From Lama glama (lineage: Eukaryota), in contig CM052841.1 in assembly GCA_028534125.1 (NCBI GenBank), positions 24,428,001-24,492,000 of the forward strand: DNA of 64,000 nucleotides, in the 5' to 3' direction. Numbering within the stretch: the stretch's first letter is position 1; each line of letters starts with the position of its first letter. The translations under genes were made by a program, and so were the position numbers. The notes under the pieces are model-generated. The model saw only the letters and a list, made by a program, of their open reading frames with translations, did no database searches and was not told the DNA's origin. This document shows positions 1 through 14,070 of the stretch, piece after piece.

Positions 1-800
1 AAACAGGGAAGACTTTAATTGTCTGGGTGATGTAAAAGAACAGAATGTTATAAAAACTAAAAAGAGTACATGGAAATCAAATCGATCATTGTCAAAACTG
101 AAAGCTCCACATTGGGCTAAGTAGTTAAATGGAGACAGCTGATGAGTGAATGGGTGAGCTGGCCCAGCAAGCAGAGGGATTTTCCCAGAATGCAATGCAA
201 AAAGGCAAAGAGAACAAAGTACAATAGCAAAGTTTAAAGTAATGGGAGATAGGCCACAAGTTCCCTTGTAAGTATAAACATAGTTTCAGAAAATGAGGAA
301 AGATTGAAGAAAGGGAAGAAATATGGCAATTACAGGAGAAATTTTCCCTTAGTGGATACTTGAGTCTTCAGATTGAAAGGGCATACCAAATGGCAGTCAT
401 GAGGGAAAAACACAGTTAGACCCATCTTGGAAAAATGTATGACTTCTAAGAAAAAGAGAACTCTAAAAGCCTCCTGCAAGAGACAGGAAAGGAAAAGGAT
501 AGGTATAAAGGACTGAGAATGAAACTGGCATCAGAATTCTCATCTGCCATCGTGGATGCTGGAAGACAATGGTGTACTTTCTCCAAAATTCTTAAAGAAG
601 ATAATTTTGAGCCAAAAATTATATACTTAGCCAAAATATCATTCACATATATGGGGAAAAAAGTGTTTTTAGATATGAAGGAACTCGGAAAGTTTAGTCT
701 ATGAACTTTGACCAAATAATTATCTAAAGCCAAGAAAAAAATGAACACAAGAAAGGCCATGAAGAAAAAACGGTTATTAAAAGTTAGTTATTTCAAAATG
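1..800 (+). mobile_element. ancient L1 fragment (ORF1 region)
   Basis: A-rich. The degenerate peptide KLASEFSSAIVDAGRQWCTFSKILKEDNFEPKIIYLAKISF resembles the L1 ORF1p C-terminal domain. Confidence 0.8.
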
Positions 801-826
801 ATTGTTGATAAAATGCTCCTGAAGCC

Positions 827-1230
827 TGTGGTCAATGCTGTGCTGTGCTGCCTCATGGTCCTTCAGGAAAAAAAAGGACTTAACAGTTTCACCAGCTGGG
901 AGACCCCCCCAGGGGGCAGCCCTCAGCCATCAGGCCCTGTGAGAGATTGCCCCACCTGAGGTCACATCCTCTGCTTGGGTGGCCCTCACCCAATGACTGA
1001 TCTACCCAAGGATAGAAGACTGTCTTCTCTATGCAACTCAAACAGCTCTGAAGAGTCCTCCACCTTCAGCACTCCCCCAGGGCAGGCTGAGGTTTCCCTA
1101 CATCACAGAGAATTTTCCCTCTGCTCTGTCCTGCTCCTTTCCTTCCTGTCTTCCCCAGGTGTTAATCCCAAAAGCACTCCCTAATAAACTTCATCTCTGT
1201 TTCAGTGACTACTTCCGGGGGAATCTGACA
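827..1230 (+). mobile_element. ERVL solo LTR (LTR16-like)
   Basis: TG...CA ends, with CCCAATGACTGATC and CACTCCCTAATAAAC...GGAATCTGACA motifs typical of the LTR16 family. Confidence 0.7.
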
Positions 1231-1501
1231 TGCCCCAAATCATAAGAAATTATTATGATTTCAAGAAAGTAGAATTTATTTCAAAATAAATAAATAGGTA
1301 ACATTCCAAATGAGTTTAACAAGATAGGAGGCAGCAGGAGTAGAGGATGAAGGGAGAGGCAAGGGCAAAGGAGAAGTAATCTTCCAAGGGTCTGATCTTC
1401 TTCAGAAGGGAAATGTTTATATTTACTGGTTAATTCTCAACATCCATCTAAACCTGTTCTGTTTTTTAGAAATGGGAGGGTAAGTTTTCAAAATACTGGA
1501 A

Positions 1502-1675
1502 CATTGTTTCTCAAACTTTAATGTGTATATATATAATCTGATTGGCTTGTTTTAAAATGTAAGTTCCTAGACCCTGATTTTCAGAAACTCAATTCCATAG
1601 CTGGGACGTGCATTTTAACAAACACCTGGTAGACCTGATGCAGGTGGTACTGAGAATGCATTTTGAGAAACACTG
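1502..1675. mobile_element. hAT-Charlie MITE (MER5-like)
   Basis: Terminal inverted repeats CATTGTTTCTCAAA...TTTGAGAAACACTG and an internal TGCATTTTAACAA motif. Confidence 0.75.
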
Positions 1676-2459
1676 TGCTAGAGGACAAAAAAGAACAAAT
1701 AAAATTCAACCAACCTAACTAAAAAAGGGGGTATTTTAAAAATTAATAAGAAAGCAAAACAAACACAAAAGATGTTAGAGACAGGAACAACCATATCAAT
1801 AATCAGAAAAAGTGTGAATGGATTAAGTTCACATGTTATAAGGCAGCCTGACTGATTAAATATGAAACCTAGCTATAAACTGTTTATAAGAGTTAAAACT
1901 AAAATGACACAGAAACATTGAAAATAAAAGGACAAAGATATGTCTAAGCAGATGGTAATAAGAGAATAAGAAAGGTGACATGAATGGAATGAATAGAATG
2001 CTAGGCAAAAATCTTTAAATGAGAAAAAGGAGTATGTTTCATATAGATAAACTTACTTACGAATACGTTAAAACATGTATAAAATTTTTACGTACCTTAC
2101 TGCATGAAATTAAATTAAATGTGAAATGACTATCAAAATACAAGCAAAAAATACCACAACACTCAATGTGATCTTTTTAATGCACAAACAGTTTTAAATT
2201 GTTTTCTTACAGGACTTAAAATCCTATAAAAGTGAAGAAAGTAAAATAATGAGTTCCTATATGCCCATTATTTAGTTCAAATAGCCATTATTATTTCATC
2301 TAATCCTCAATTTTTTGCTGAGCATTTTTAAAGCAAGTCCCAGACACCATATCATTTCACCTGTAAATGATTTCAGTATGCACATTAACTGGTAACATTG
2401 TTTTATAACCAATATAACATGACCATATCTAACAAAATCAACAACTATTTCCTAATATC

Positions 2460-2821
2460 TGTCTGAGCCCATTCAGGTTGCTATAATAAAATACCATAGA
2501 CCGGGTAGCTTATAAACAACGGGAATTTATTTCTCACAGTTCTGAAGGCTCAGAAGTCCAAAATCATGGCCCTGGAGGTTTGGTATCTGATGAGAACCCC
2601 CTTCATCAGTGGCCTGTCTTCTCACTATAACCTCACAAGGTAGAGAGCAATGCAGCTTTCTAAGATTTCTTTTATAAGGGCACTAAATGCATTCATAATG
2701 GTTCCCCGAGTGTGTCCTAATCACTTCCCAAAGGCTCCGCCACCTAATACCATCATCTTGAGGGTTAGAAGTTCAACATATGAATTTGGGGTGGAGGTAT
2801 ATAACCATTAAAACGATAGCA
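2460..2821 (-). mobile_element. MaLR solo LTR (MLT1A-like) nested in an old L1
   Basis: TGT...GCA ends, a TTTATTTCTCACAGTTCTG motif, and a perfect 5-bp TSD ATATC at 2455-2459 and 2822-2826. Confidence 0.85.
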
Positions 2822-3543
2822 ATATCTAACATTCAGCCCATAATTAAATTTACTGGATAATCTCAAAGTTATATTTTTACACTTGATTTGACTCGGGATC
2901 TAAATAAGGTTCTCACATTACATTTGATTGCTTTGTCTCTTAAAACTTTTTGATCCTGTAACAGTCCCCCTGCCATGATTTTTTCATGTCTCAGATTTTT
3001 CAACAACTTTATTTACATGTAATTCACTGACTATATAGGGTACAATTTGATGGGGTTTAGTATATTTACAAAGTTGTGCAACTATCATTACAATCAACTT
3101 TAAAGTATTTGCATCACTCCCTTCAAAAATAAATTTTGTACCCCTTAACCATCATCCCCCAAACCTACCACCTGCCCCAGGTGTAGATAACCACAATTTT
3201 CAGTCCCAATGCCTATTCTGGACATTTCATATAAATGGAATCACAGAATATTTAGTCCTTTATGCTGGCTTCTTTCACTTAGCAAAATGTTTTCAAGGCT
3301 CATCTATTTTTAATAGTATTTTGTTTTCACTGACAAATACATTCTATTGTATGAATATATTATACTTCATGTCATGGATTTTTGAAGAAACTGAGTCATT
3401 TGTCTTCTAGATTTGTCCTGTAGCTGAGTAACATTTTGGATATGGCTGATTGCTTTCTCTTGGTCTCAGGTAATGTGTGTGTGTGTGCTGGGGGTGGTAA
3501 ACTGATAGAGGTCTGGTTAGATTAAGAATTAATATCATGAAAT

Positions 3544-3699
3544 GGGGAGGGTACAGCTCAAATGGTAGAGCGCTTGCTTAGCATACACAAGGTCCTGGAT
3601 TCAATCCCCAGTATCTCCTCTAAAAATAAATAAAGAAGTAAACCTAATTACCTCCCACCTAAAAAATAAAAATAAATAAATGATTTTAAATTTAAAAAA
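3544..3699 (+). mobile_element. tRNA-Ala-derived camelid SINE (vic-1 type), full length
   Basis: GGGGAGGGTACAGCTCAAATGGTAGAGCG (A box), GGATTCAATCCCC (B box), an AAACCTAATTACCTCCC tail motif and an A-rich tail. 16-bp target-site duplication AAGAATTAATATCATG at 3524-3539 and 3700-3715. Confidence 0.9.
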
Positions 3700-5899
3700 A
3701 AGAATTAATATCATGGAAAAGAATACTTCAGGTAATGCTGAGTATTTCCTATCACATCATATCATGAGACATGTAATATCTGGTAGTTCCTTTTATGAAT
3801 ATCAAAATAATCAGAGGGTTTAGGTGGTGAGAACCTGATCTCTCTGTTGTAAAATTCCCCATTAATTTTCTCTTTATGGCTTTAATATTCATTGACAAAC
3901 ATGTTGCTTAGGTCCACAGGGTTGCAAACTGGTGATTTTTACTTCTGTTATTCCTCCTGCACTTATAAGCTGGACTTCCTCCATAAAGAACATTCATCAA
4001 TGGTTTGATTACTCTAAAATAAAGTTTGAAAGGCAGCATAAATGCTTGAATCTTTCATTTTATTTATCAATTTGTGGGTAAGCTGGTGCATTAGTAAACT
4101 TCAGTGGCAACCAATGAAGTATGTTATGTTTTACATTACTATGAAAATTTACATATTGGGTATGATTCAATGAATTTTAATTATTATTCTTTTTCTGAAG
4201 TCTAGATTTTTCCCATTAGTTTTTGGTAGCTTGCTTGTTCTCTAGAACAATAAGATATTCCAGGTTTATCTTAATACACTTCTTACCCCAAACCTGCAAT
4301 CAGCCATTTTTCCAAGAAGCCCAGTTTCTTTTTTGTTGAAAATCCACAATTTGAATACTAGGGGTGTTCATTACTACTGCATTGTTATTGCTTTTAAGAT
4401 TTTTCAGAATTAGGAAGATTAGGACAGAGTTAGGAAGTACATACTGGTTTTTTTAAAGAAAAATTTTAATTAAACTGATACCTTCTTTTCGAAGTTCAGA
4501 TTATAGAGTGTCATTTAACTTCTCTGGTTTTGTGTGTCTTTTCTCTCCTAAATTGAAAATCTTGGTTTCTAACATTAACATGATTACTTATTTTCTTTAT
4601 CCTATGACAGATCTATAATAGTTTTAAAATAGCATTACCAGTATTATTTAAAACAATAAGATTACTGAATGCAATTTAATATTTTTGTGGGATTTTGTTC
4701 TAAGGATATACCCCACTAGGGATGTAAACTCAGTATACTGCAATAACTTTACAGTCACTTCTAGTAATGATTTTCTTTACGTGGGTTGGCATCAACTTTC
4801 TCTACAGTTATGGCCATTTGTTTTCAATTTTTAGAGATTCCTTTTATTCTTTTTCAATTCAATTTTTATATGTAAAACATTTACATGGTTCCAAAGTCAA
4901 AACTATATAACAAAGTAATTTGACAAAAGTCTTGTCTGCCCCCCAAACCTTGTTTCTCAACATAGGCAACAAATGTTATTAGTTTTTTATTTATAACTAA
5001 CTGCTTTAAAAATATAAGTTATTTATGCTCCCCTTACACAAACATAGGCTTCTGTAAATAGTGCTCTGCATCTCACTTTTTTCATTAAAATGTATCTCAG
5101 AGATAACCCTATATAATATACAGAAATCTTCCTCATTCATTTGTACAATTGCATGGTTAACACAGATCTTTTTAAAACATCAATCAGACTATGGGATTTA
5201 CCTGCTTAAACCTTTTTAAAGGTTTCTCATTGCACTTAGAAAAAAATCTAAACTCTTGACCACAGTTTTCAAAGCCTTGTCTTATATGGACCCGTTAATA
5301 ACTCCAAACTCATTTCATTCTCTGTCCCCTCTAATCCACTGTTTTACTCTACCCTACCTCTATATTAGAATAATCTGGATTACCTCAAAAAATATTTCCT
5401 CCAGCCTCACACTAGACTAATTAAATCAGAACCCCCAGAGGGCAGGGCTCTGACAGAATTTTTGAAAACAGCAATTCTCAAGCTTTAACATACTTCAAAC
5501 TCATTTGAAGGGCTTGTAAAACACATTCCTAAATCCCACCTCCAGAGATTCTGATTCAGCAGATCTGACCTAGGGCCTGCAAATTTGCATTTCTAAGATT
5601 TCCCAAATAATGCTAATCCTGGTAGTCCTAAGGATATCCTTCGAGAACCCAGTCAGTTTATCATCTTCTATCACTTTAGCACATCTATTTCCTTTTTACT
5701 ACTAAATCACAAATTTTGATGACATTTGTCAGTACTGTGTAGAAAGGGCACTTGTTTATCACTTAACACCTAGTATAATGCCTGGAGTATAGCTCTTCGA
5801 TAAATAACTGTGATTTGTTGAATCATAATGGAAGAATTTAAGAGTCTCTCTTACAAATTAGCAACTCAAGCAGTCAAAAATAAATAAGACCACTTCACA

Positions 5900-6530
5900 C
5901 ACACTGAGATGGTTATAATAAAAAATACAGATGATAAGTGTTGGTAGAGAGGTGGAGAAATTGGAACTCCTATACACACCAATATAATATGACCTGGCAA
6001 TTTCACTCTCAGAATATACCCAAGAGAAATGGAAACATGTCCACACAAAAGCTTGTATATGAATGCTCTTAAANNNNNNNNNNNNNNNNNNNNNNNNNNN
6101 NNNNNNNNNNNNNNNNNNNNNNNNNNNNNNNNNNNNNNNNNNNNNNNNNNNNNNNNNNNNNNNNNNNNNNNNNNNNNNNNNNNNNNNNNNNNNNNNNNNN
6201 NNNNNNNNNNNNNNNNNNNNNNNAAAAACTTTATGCTGACTGAAGAAGTCAGTCATACAAGACCACATATTAAATAATTCCATTTATATGAAATGCCAGA
6301 AATAGGCAAATTATACAGATGGAAAGCAGATTAGTGGTTGCCTATAGCTGGAAGGGAAGGATTGAGAAATGACGGCTAAGAGGTGTGGAATTTATTTTCG
6401 GGGTGATTAAAATATTTTAAAATTGATTGTGGTGATGGTTGCACAACTCTGTGGATATACTAAAATCCTACTTTAAAGGGGTGAATTGTATAGCATGTGA
6501 ATTGTATCTTAATAAAGCTATTATAACAAA
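5900..6530 (+). mobile_element. L1MB-like 3' end spanning an N gap
   Basis: ATATACCCAAGAGAAATGGAAACATGTCCACACAAAA...GATGGTTGCACAACTCTGTG...AATAAAGCT. Confidence 0.8.
6074..6223. other. assembly gap (150 N)
   Basis: Run of N. Confidence 1.
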
Positions 6531-6682
6531 ATAGTAAATAAGAATGTGAAATAAATGAATAACAAAATTTAGAAGACTGAACACACAAATTTACAACTTT
6601 TAATCTAATATACAGAGAACACAAATACTTTTCAAACATCCATGGAACATTAAAAGGAATTCATCATATATGACATCTTATA

Positions 6683-6726
6683 AACACAAACACACACACA
6701 CATACACACACACACACGCACGCACA
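6683..6726. repeat. (CA)n microsatellite, imperfect
   Basis: acacaaacacacacacacatacacacacacacacgcacgcaca. Confidence 0.9.
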
Positions 6727-6829
6727 GAGTCACATACATAAACCCTCAAATTGGAAAAATAAAAAATCTTACAAACCACATTCTGACAATCACAAATAAC
6801 AGAAATCATGGCAAACAATAAGTTTTTAA

Positions 6830-9800
6830 AGTCCATGATGGAGTAAATGGTACCAGATTTGCCTTTTGGCCAAAAACTGAAAAAAACAAAAGGGGACAGT
6901 TTTCAGATATTAAATAACTTGCAGCACAGCACTGTGATCATTGAGAGAAGAGAAATACACAAGATGAGCCCTGTGATCAAGTTCACTGGCTTTCTGCTTA
7001 GAGATGAGGAAGTGGGAAGTCCGAGTATGACGGTGGTGTCGGTGAAATGATGACACAGATCAGAGTTTCAGATTGCTTAGGAGTTGGAATATTCAGGTAG
7101 CTATATTGGAGAAAAAAGAAATGCCTGGGGCTGGGAAGACAAAATTTAAATGAAAATTTAGCATGAGTCCTTGGCAAAAAACTTGGAGAAACTCCACCAA
7201 GCCTAGCAGAGATAGTCTGTTGTAGGTCTCAGAGTTGAAGTGCTAGGAGATAATTTGGTTTCCTGCCCATCCAGTGTTGAGAAACCTCACTTAGTAACTA
7301 ATTTATTCAGCTGAGTCCCCAGAAAGGCCATGCCTGAGAAGTAAGGAGCACAGCCTAGAATAAGATTCATACCTTAGACTTATTTCAAAACTGAAATAGA
7401 CCTACTCTAAGAGTAAAACCAATCTTTGCAGGACCAAGAAGTTCTTTAACTACCCAACACAACAAAATTCAACATCCTTTAAAGGATGATGAAATAATAC
7501 ATATTTTTCAACATACGATCCACAAGGCCAGCATGGGATTTTTTTCAAAACTGCCGAACATGAAAATGAGCAGGAAAATATAAACCATGATTAAAAAAAA
7601 AGAAATGTTAGGAAAAAGACACTGAGATGACCCAGAGATTGAAATTATCAGACAGTAATTTTAAAGAAGCTGTCATATATTCAAGGATGTAAAGGGAAAA
7701 GTAGATATATGAGTGAACAGATGGAGAGTCTCAGCAGAGAACTATGAACTATAAAAAACAATCAAGTGGCAATTTTAGGATAGAAAAGTACAATATTTGA
7801 AATGAAAATTTTACTGGATGGACTTAAGAGACTCCAGAAAAGTTAACAAACTTAAAGACAAATCAATAGAAATCATTCCATTTGAAGAAAGTCAGAAGAC
7901 TGAGAAAATTAACAGAAACTCAATTACACATAGGACAATATTTAGCAGAATAAATATACATAAAATTAAAGTTCTAGAGGGATTAAGAAGAAAATGGGAC
8001 AGAAAAAAAAATATGTGAAGTAATTAATGGCTGGTAATTTTCCAAATTTGATGAAGAACACTGACTAACAGAACTAAGAAGAGCAGTAAACCCAAGTGGG
8101 ATTAAACACAAAAATAATCACCCCGTGGCCCATTAAAATCAAACACTAAAAACTAAAGAAAAACAATCTTAAGAACAGCCAGAATAATAAGATATATTAC
8201 ACATAGAGAAACAATGATACAAATAATGGCTGACTTCTCATCAGAAAGAAAGGAGGCCAGAAAAGAATGTGATTAACATTTTGTGAGTGCTGTAAGAAAA
8301 TCACTCTCAATGCAAACTTTTACATCCAGTGAAATAGGCTTTAAGACTGAGGGTGAAATAAAGACTATTTTCAGATAAAGAAAAGCTTAAAGAACCCATT
8401 GCCAGAGTACTGGCACAACAAGAGATACTAAAAGAAGTTCTTCAGGTTGGAAGAGAATGATATCAGATGGAAACATGAATCACTAGGAGGGAATAAAGAG
8501 TGCCTGAAATGGTAAATATATAGGGACATATAAAAGGTGATTTTTTTTCTTCTTTTAATTTCTTTGAAAGACAACTGACAGGTTAAAGGAAAAATGATGG
8601 TATTATATTGTGGAAATTATTACAAAAGTAGATATAAAATGAATGACAACAATAGCTCAAAGGATGGAGAGATTACTATTGTAAGATTCTTACTTTTTAT
8701 TTGAAGTGGCACCATATCATTTCTAAGTAGACTATGACAAATTAAGGACATGTATTTTAATGCCTAGAGCAAATATTTAAAGAATGATACAAAGAGATAT
8801 GGCTATAAAGCCAAAACAGGAATTGAAATGGGAAAGTAAAATAATAATTTCTTTTAAAGCTAACTATGTATTTACCCAATTCCAATTCTACTCCTAGCTA
8901 TTTACTCATGAGAAATGAAAACATGCCCACCAAAAGACTTGCAGATAATGTTAATAGAAACTTTAATGAAAATAGAGGAAAACTAGAAATAATCAAAATG
9001 ATCAACAATTATCAAATATTTATACAATGGGATACTACTCAGGAATAAAAAAGAACAATTAGTGATACATAAAACAACAGAATTGAATCTAAAAAGCATG
9101 TAGAACAATAAAAAACAGGTATCAAACGTTGTATTATTTCTATAAAGTTCAAGCGATAGAAATCAGAACTGTGGTTGCCTGTGAGGGAATGAAGATCAAC
9201 CAAAACACAAGGGAATAATTCTGGGATGAAGAAAATGTTTTATGTTTTGATTGGAGTGTTAGTTACACGACTGTATCCATTTATAAAACTCAACTAATTG
9301 CAAACTTAACATTTGTGTGTTTCAGTGTAAATTTTACCTGAGTGAAATATATTTTTAAAATTTCACAAAATTTGATTAATGTAACCCACTACACAAGGAA
9401 GCTAAAGATAAAAAGCACATAATTATCAACTGATGCAGAAAAAAAACACTTCCCCAAATCCAACACCCATTTGTGATTTAAAAATAAGCAAACAAAAACC
9501 AAAAACCTCTCAGAAAGTAGGACTAGGGAAACTTCTTCAACTAGATAAACAACATCTTTAAAAAATCTTTATCTAGCACCATACTTATGGTAAGAAACTA
9601 GATGCTTTTCCTGAAGATTAGGAACAAGGCAAGGATGCCCTCTGTAACTAGTCCTACTCAACATAGTTCTGGAAGTCCTAGCTACTGGAATAAGATAAGA
9701 AAGGGAGATAAGAGGTATACATACAGGCAAGGAATTGAAAAAAACTGTTTTTCTTTGAGGATGACAATTATCTACGTAGAAAATCAGAAAGAATCAACAA

Positions 9801-10400
9801 CAAAACTCCTGGAACTAGTAACTGTTATATTGTTATAATCAATTTTGCAGGATACAAAGTCAATATACAAAATTCACTTGATTTCCATAATCAGCACTGA
9901 ACAAGTAGAATTTGAAACTGAGAACACAATATCATTTATAGTAGCAACCCCCAAAATGAAATGCTTATGTATAAATCTAACAAAATATGTACAAGATCCA
10001 TAAGAGGAAATCCACTCTGCAATATGGATAAAGCAATATGCAGAGGAAAACTAAAATTTATATCCTTAGATGTATATCTTAGAAAACAATAAATTTTGAA
10101 ATAAACTAAGCACAGAATTGAAGAAAAAAGTAATATATAAAATAGAAACATATGATTAAAAAGCAATACAAAGAATATAAATTGAAGGAAAAAGAAAAAA
10201 ATAATTTTTTATTAAATCTATAAGATCACCACAGTCTTAATTAATAAAACTGTGTTCCTAAGAACCAATAACTATAGGTAACTATGATTCTTTTTAAAAA
10301 AGGAACCACAAAAAATATAATTTAGGAATGAGAAATATTTAACTGCAGGTACAGGAGAGATTTTTGAAATTATAAGAGAATTATCTATATTATTTTCATC
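6830..10400 (+). mobile_element. cluster of degenerate L1M fragments (5' UTR/ORF1, a 3' end, ORF2 pieces)
   Basis: ORF1-like sequence at 7600-8500 (GCTGACTTCTCATCAGAAA...GGAGGCCAGAA). RT-region ORF2-like sequence at 9370-10010 (GATGCAGAAAAA...CAACACCCATT; AGGAACAAGGCAAGGATGCCC). Many stops and frameshifts. Confidence 0.8.
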
Positions 10401-10424
10401 CATCAATTTGAAAATTCAGGAAGT

Positions 10425-10700
10425 TTATTAGTCAAGACTGCCTTGGATGCAAATGACAGACACTCCATTCAAACTAGCTGCAGCTAAAAAGATACTATAT
10501 TGACTCATATACTTGCGAAGCCTATAGGATAGTACTGGCTTCCAACATGGCCAGGCCCAAGGACTCAGTGTCAAGAGAGTACCTCTCTTCCCACTGTACC
10601 CTCAGCTCAGCTTATCTCTCTGCTTATGCAGGTTCTCTTCATGTGTCAGGGGAAATGGCCATCTACAGCCACAAAATTTCATCTGATCAACTTAATAACA
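10425..10700 (-). mobile_element. old MaLR LTR fragment (MLT1J/K/L-like)
   Basis: TTAGTCAAGACT...TGCAAATGACAGA...CAAACTAGCT matches the reverse-complemented MLT1 3' terminus. Confidence 0.55.
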
Positions 10701-11214
10701 GTCAGAGGATATGGGTAAGAGAGAAGGAAATGGAGAAGTGGAATAATAAAGGATCAGAAAGTGCGGGTAGAGACAAGTCGTTCGAGCTTCTCTGATTCAT
10801 TCCTTTCCATGAGTAAATCCTCATTATCTGAATTCCTTAAATTTCAAAATGGTAATACTTCCAGAGGAGAGTATTCAGTCCTGGGGGAACTTCCGGTGAA
10901 AAGACTAGGAAATATTCCTTATATAAAATTGCTCAATTGTGGATGACTTCCTTTCCCATTCTCCACAGATTCTCCCAAATATCCCTTTCTCTCTCCTTGG
11001 CCTCATTCCCATTTTGCTTTTCTTCTCTTCCGTTTTCCTGCCCTTCTCCCCTTCTTCTCATCTGAAACTAGAAGGTCCTCCCTTCTTTCCGTTAAGCCTG
11101 GTGTCAGAGGGGGCTGAGGAGGCTCTGGGTTTTGTGTCTAATTCAGCCACATCCTCTGTGGTGTGGGAATGAAGGAGTCAGAAGTGGTCAAATATTTACT
11201 GAGTGCGTTCCACA

Positions 11215-11410
11215 TTTAGAAAGAGTGAGCATTTGGGAATAAATAGAACTGGGTTGAAATTAGTCTCCATGCTTAAATCTGTGCCTCAGTGTTCTCATCA
11301 GAAAAACGAAGACAATAATAGCAGCTCCCACAGAGAGTTGTTGTATGGATTAAATAAGGTATTGTTTGTACAATGCCTAGTTCAAAATATGCACTCAGCA
11401 AATAATGCCT
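11215..11410 (+). mobile_element. MIR SINE
   Basis: Core CTGTGCCTCAGT...GTTGTTGTATGGATTAAAT. Confidence 0.7.
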
Positions 11411-13839
11411 ATTAGGGAACTATGGTTGAAAAAACAAGGGAAGGAATAGAAAGGCTATACTCCAGTTTTTTTCTCCCACTTTCCTCCCTCTTACCTAAAA
11501 TCATAGAAGGGAGAGGAAAGAAGGCAGGGAGGTGAGAACGTCGGTAAAGCAATACTAAATCTTAAATCTCAATCCCTAATTTAGCCGCTGAATCAAAATC
11601 AAAGACATTGAGATGACAGTTTCTATTTCATATACTGGATTTATAGTTTATTCCAGAGAACTTATCTAAGCAATAATATCATACTTGGAATACAAATCTC
11701 AAGGAGGAAAATGCTCTTAGACAAAAACTACAGTGAAACTGACACACCCAGATTACTCACTGTCTTCTCAAGAGAAAAAGAAATCTAGTGATGTCATTTC
11801 TGCCCTTGCCCACTCCAATATCAATACAGTTTCAAATTCTCAGAGCATAATAAAAGCTCTTGTATTTCACACAATAAATAACAAAGCAAACTCCCAAAAA
11901 CTCATGGATGTACCGTAGCTGAAACAAAGGGGGCAATTTTATCTAATTAGTGAATTTTTCAGCTATTTTATATTTATTCTACATAAAAAATATGAATGTC
12001 TGTTGTAGATCATTTATTCCTAGTGGTAAGTAATTATAATTCATTTGGAAAGCAACTTCAAAGCAGGTAGATACATTTTTCAAAACACCAGTCCACTGTA
12101 TAATTACTGATACACTTATCATCATTCTTCTGATTTAAAAAAGGAGGTGAACAAGTTTCATCACAGTCCCCTAAGAAACTGTTTCACTTCTCTCTGTTAT
12201 CATTCAGCCTTGGCCATATGTGATTTCAGTGTTAGTGAATCTACTGCACTTTTAAGTAATAAAGAAAACAACATATTCTGGTTACTGCTGAAAAGATATT
12301 TCATCAGTCTTCCTGTTAGTATGAGTCATAACAGAAAAGAATTTAATGATTTGCAAGAAGAAACCACAGTCCCCTAATAAGCACTCCAAGCCTTTAAGCC
12401 ACAAGAGAAGGAATCGACAACAAATTTTACCCTTATTTTTTCTTTGAGCACCTACTGTGTACTAGCACTCTTCCAGGATCTGTGAGTACTCTTTAAAAAT
12501 ACAATTTAAAAATAAAAATATGACCTTAAGAAGTAGTTAGCCTGAAGTTTTCTTTATAAGAAATCAGCATTATTTTTGAATCCTCTGATGCTGAGACTTA
12601 AAAAAAAGCAATCCAAAGAGCTTAGCCTTCACTCACCTTTAGAACAAGGATAATAATAACATTAATACCCAAATTTCACCAGCTCCAAGCCTCCCACTTG
12701 CTTGACCAAGGGAAGTCCCATCTCTCAGAATCTCCCCTTCAAAGCTATTTTCTAGAGCCTGCAAAGATGCCATAAACATCCACAAACACTGAGCTGCAGA
12801 ACTTAGAAAGGAAAGAAGCCACAGCAAAGTTGCTCGAGCCTCAAAATGTTAAGTGATTAGTCCAACAAACTCATTTGTCACCTTATTCGCTGTTTAGGCA
12901 ATGACAGTTCACCTAGAGGTCACACCATACTGCCAATGCTGGACATCCAGTCACTTAAAACTGACCTTGAAAAACCAGAGGGATTTCAGGATGATCCACA
13001 GTAACGTTGACCAGCCTCCAATTTGCTTTGGAAAGCTCACTCACAAGTTAGAAACAGCCATCATTTCCCTTGGGGCTCTTACTCACCAGGCAGGTAAGGT
13101 CAGGGTGGATTTTGGCAGCAATCTCTATGGTGCACCAGGAGCAACCACTCCATAAAATATTACAGCCTTACTGCCGGGTTTGGCTTGGTATGGGAGTCTC
13201 CTGCTTTCCTTCTTGTGACTTAGCTCTCCATGCCCCAGTCATTTCTCCCTGTCATCTGGCCTCTATTGAAGCCATCACAGTCCATGAGGCATGCTGTCTG
13301 AAGCCAGTGGTGGTCAGGATCCAAGACCTGTGTTCCACGAGGCTCCTAGCCCCTTTGCAAACCAGTGCCTGGCTTTCTCATTAGAATCACCTGGGCCCCA
13401 ATTGTGGCCTAGCTAAGATGCTCTGTTACACCAACATTGGGAATATTACTACCAGGTGAGTGATTATAAATGATGGGTCAATGCAATGGTAGGCACACTA
13501 AAATTGTAAAAAGCCTTCTTGGTGCAAAATTATATTTTTGCCTATCAGTTACCCAATTTAAGGGGGCAGTGATGGTTGTTATGTGATTAGATAGCTATTT
13601 AAAGTAACCAGCATAAGAGAAATTCATAATCAGTCTACAAGAATTAATGTTTTACATGCAGCTTTTCTTTTCTCAAAAAATTAAGATATTTTATTTCAGA
13701 ACATTATGTGCCCAGAACCAGGTTGATCATAAGAAGCAATATACCTGAAATAGTCTGGTTTAAAGATTTTAGAGATTGAGAATAGCAATTTGGACATACT
13801 TCAGTTTCCAAAGCCCCCAAAAGATAAAGTAGATGGTAG

Positions 13840-14070
13840 GTCATATTTATTGAGCAGTTTCTATATGCCAAACATTGTGCTACATAATTTACATGCATTG
13901 TCTCACGTGATCAAACAATGCTCTGAAATAGCTACTATTATGATCTGTATCCTACAGATAGGAGAACCAAGCTTAGGAAAATGTTCCAACATTCTGAGTT
14001 AGTAAGAGGTGAAACTGAGTTATGAACATTGGGCTTCTGACTCTGACACCTCTGTGCTCAACTGCCTCCT
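13840..14070 (-). mobile_element. MIR SINE
   Basis: CATATTTATTGAGCA...CTATATGCCA...ACAGATAGGAGAAC. Confidence 0.7.

Larger units (their letters stand above)
2190..5160 (-). mobile_element. old L1M (L1MC/ME-like) 3' region carrying nested insertions
   Basis: T-rich L1 3'-UTR-like sequence, interrupted by the MLT1A LTR, an L1MB-like 3' end (~2995-3370) and the SINE. Confidence 0.6.

Noticed and set aside
3544-3616. Functional tRNA-Ala gene
   Set aside because: Diverged stems, a SINE tail, an A-rich end and a TSD mark it as a retroposed SINE. The same applies to 57686-57760.
6830-10400. Intact or active L1
   Set aside because: Fragmented, rearranged and full of stop codons.
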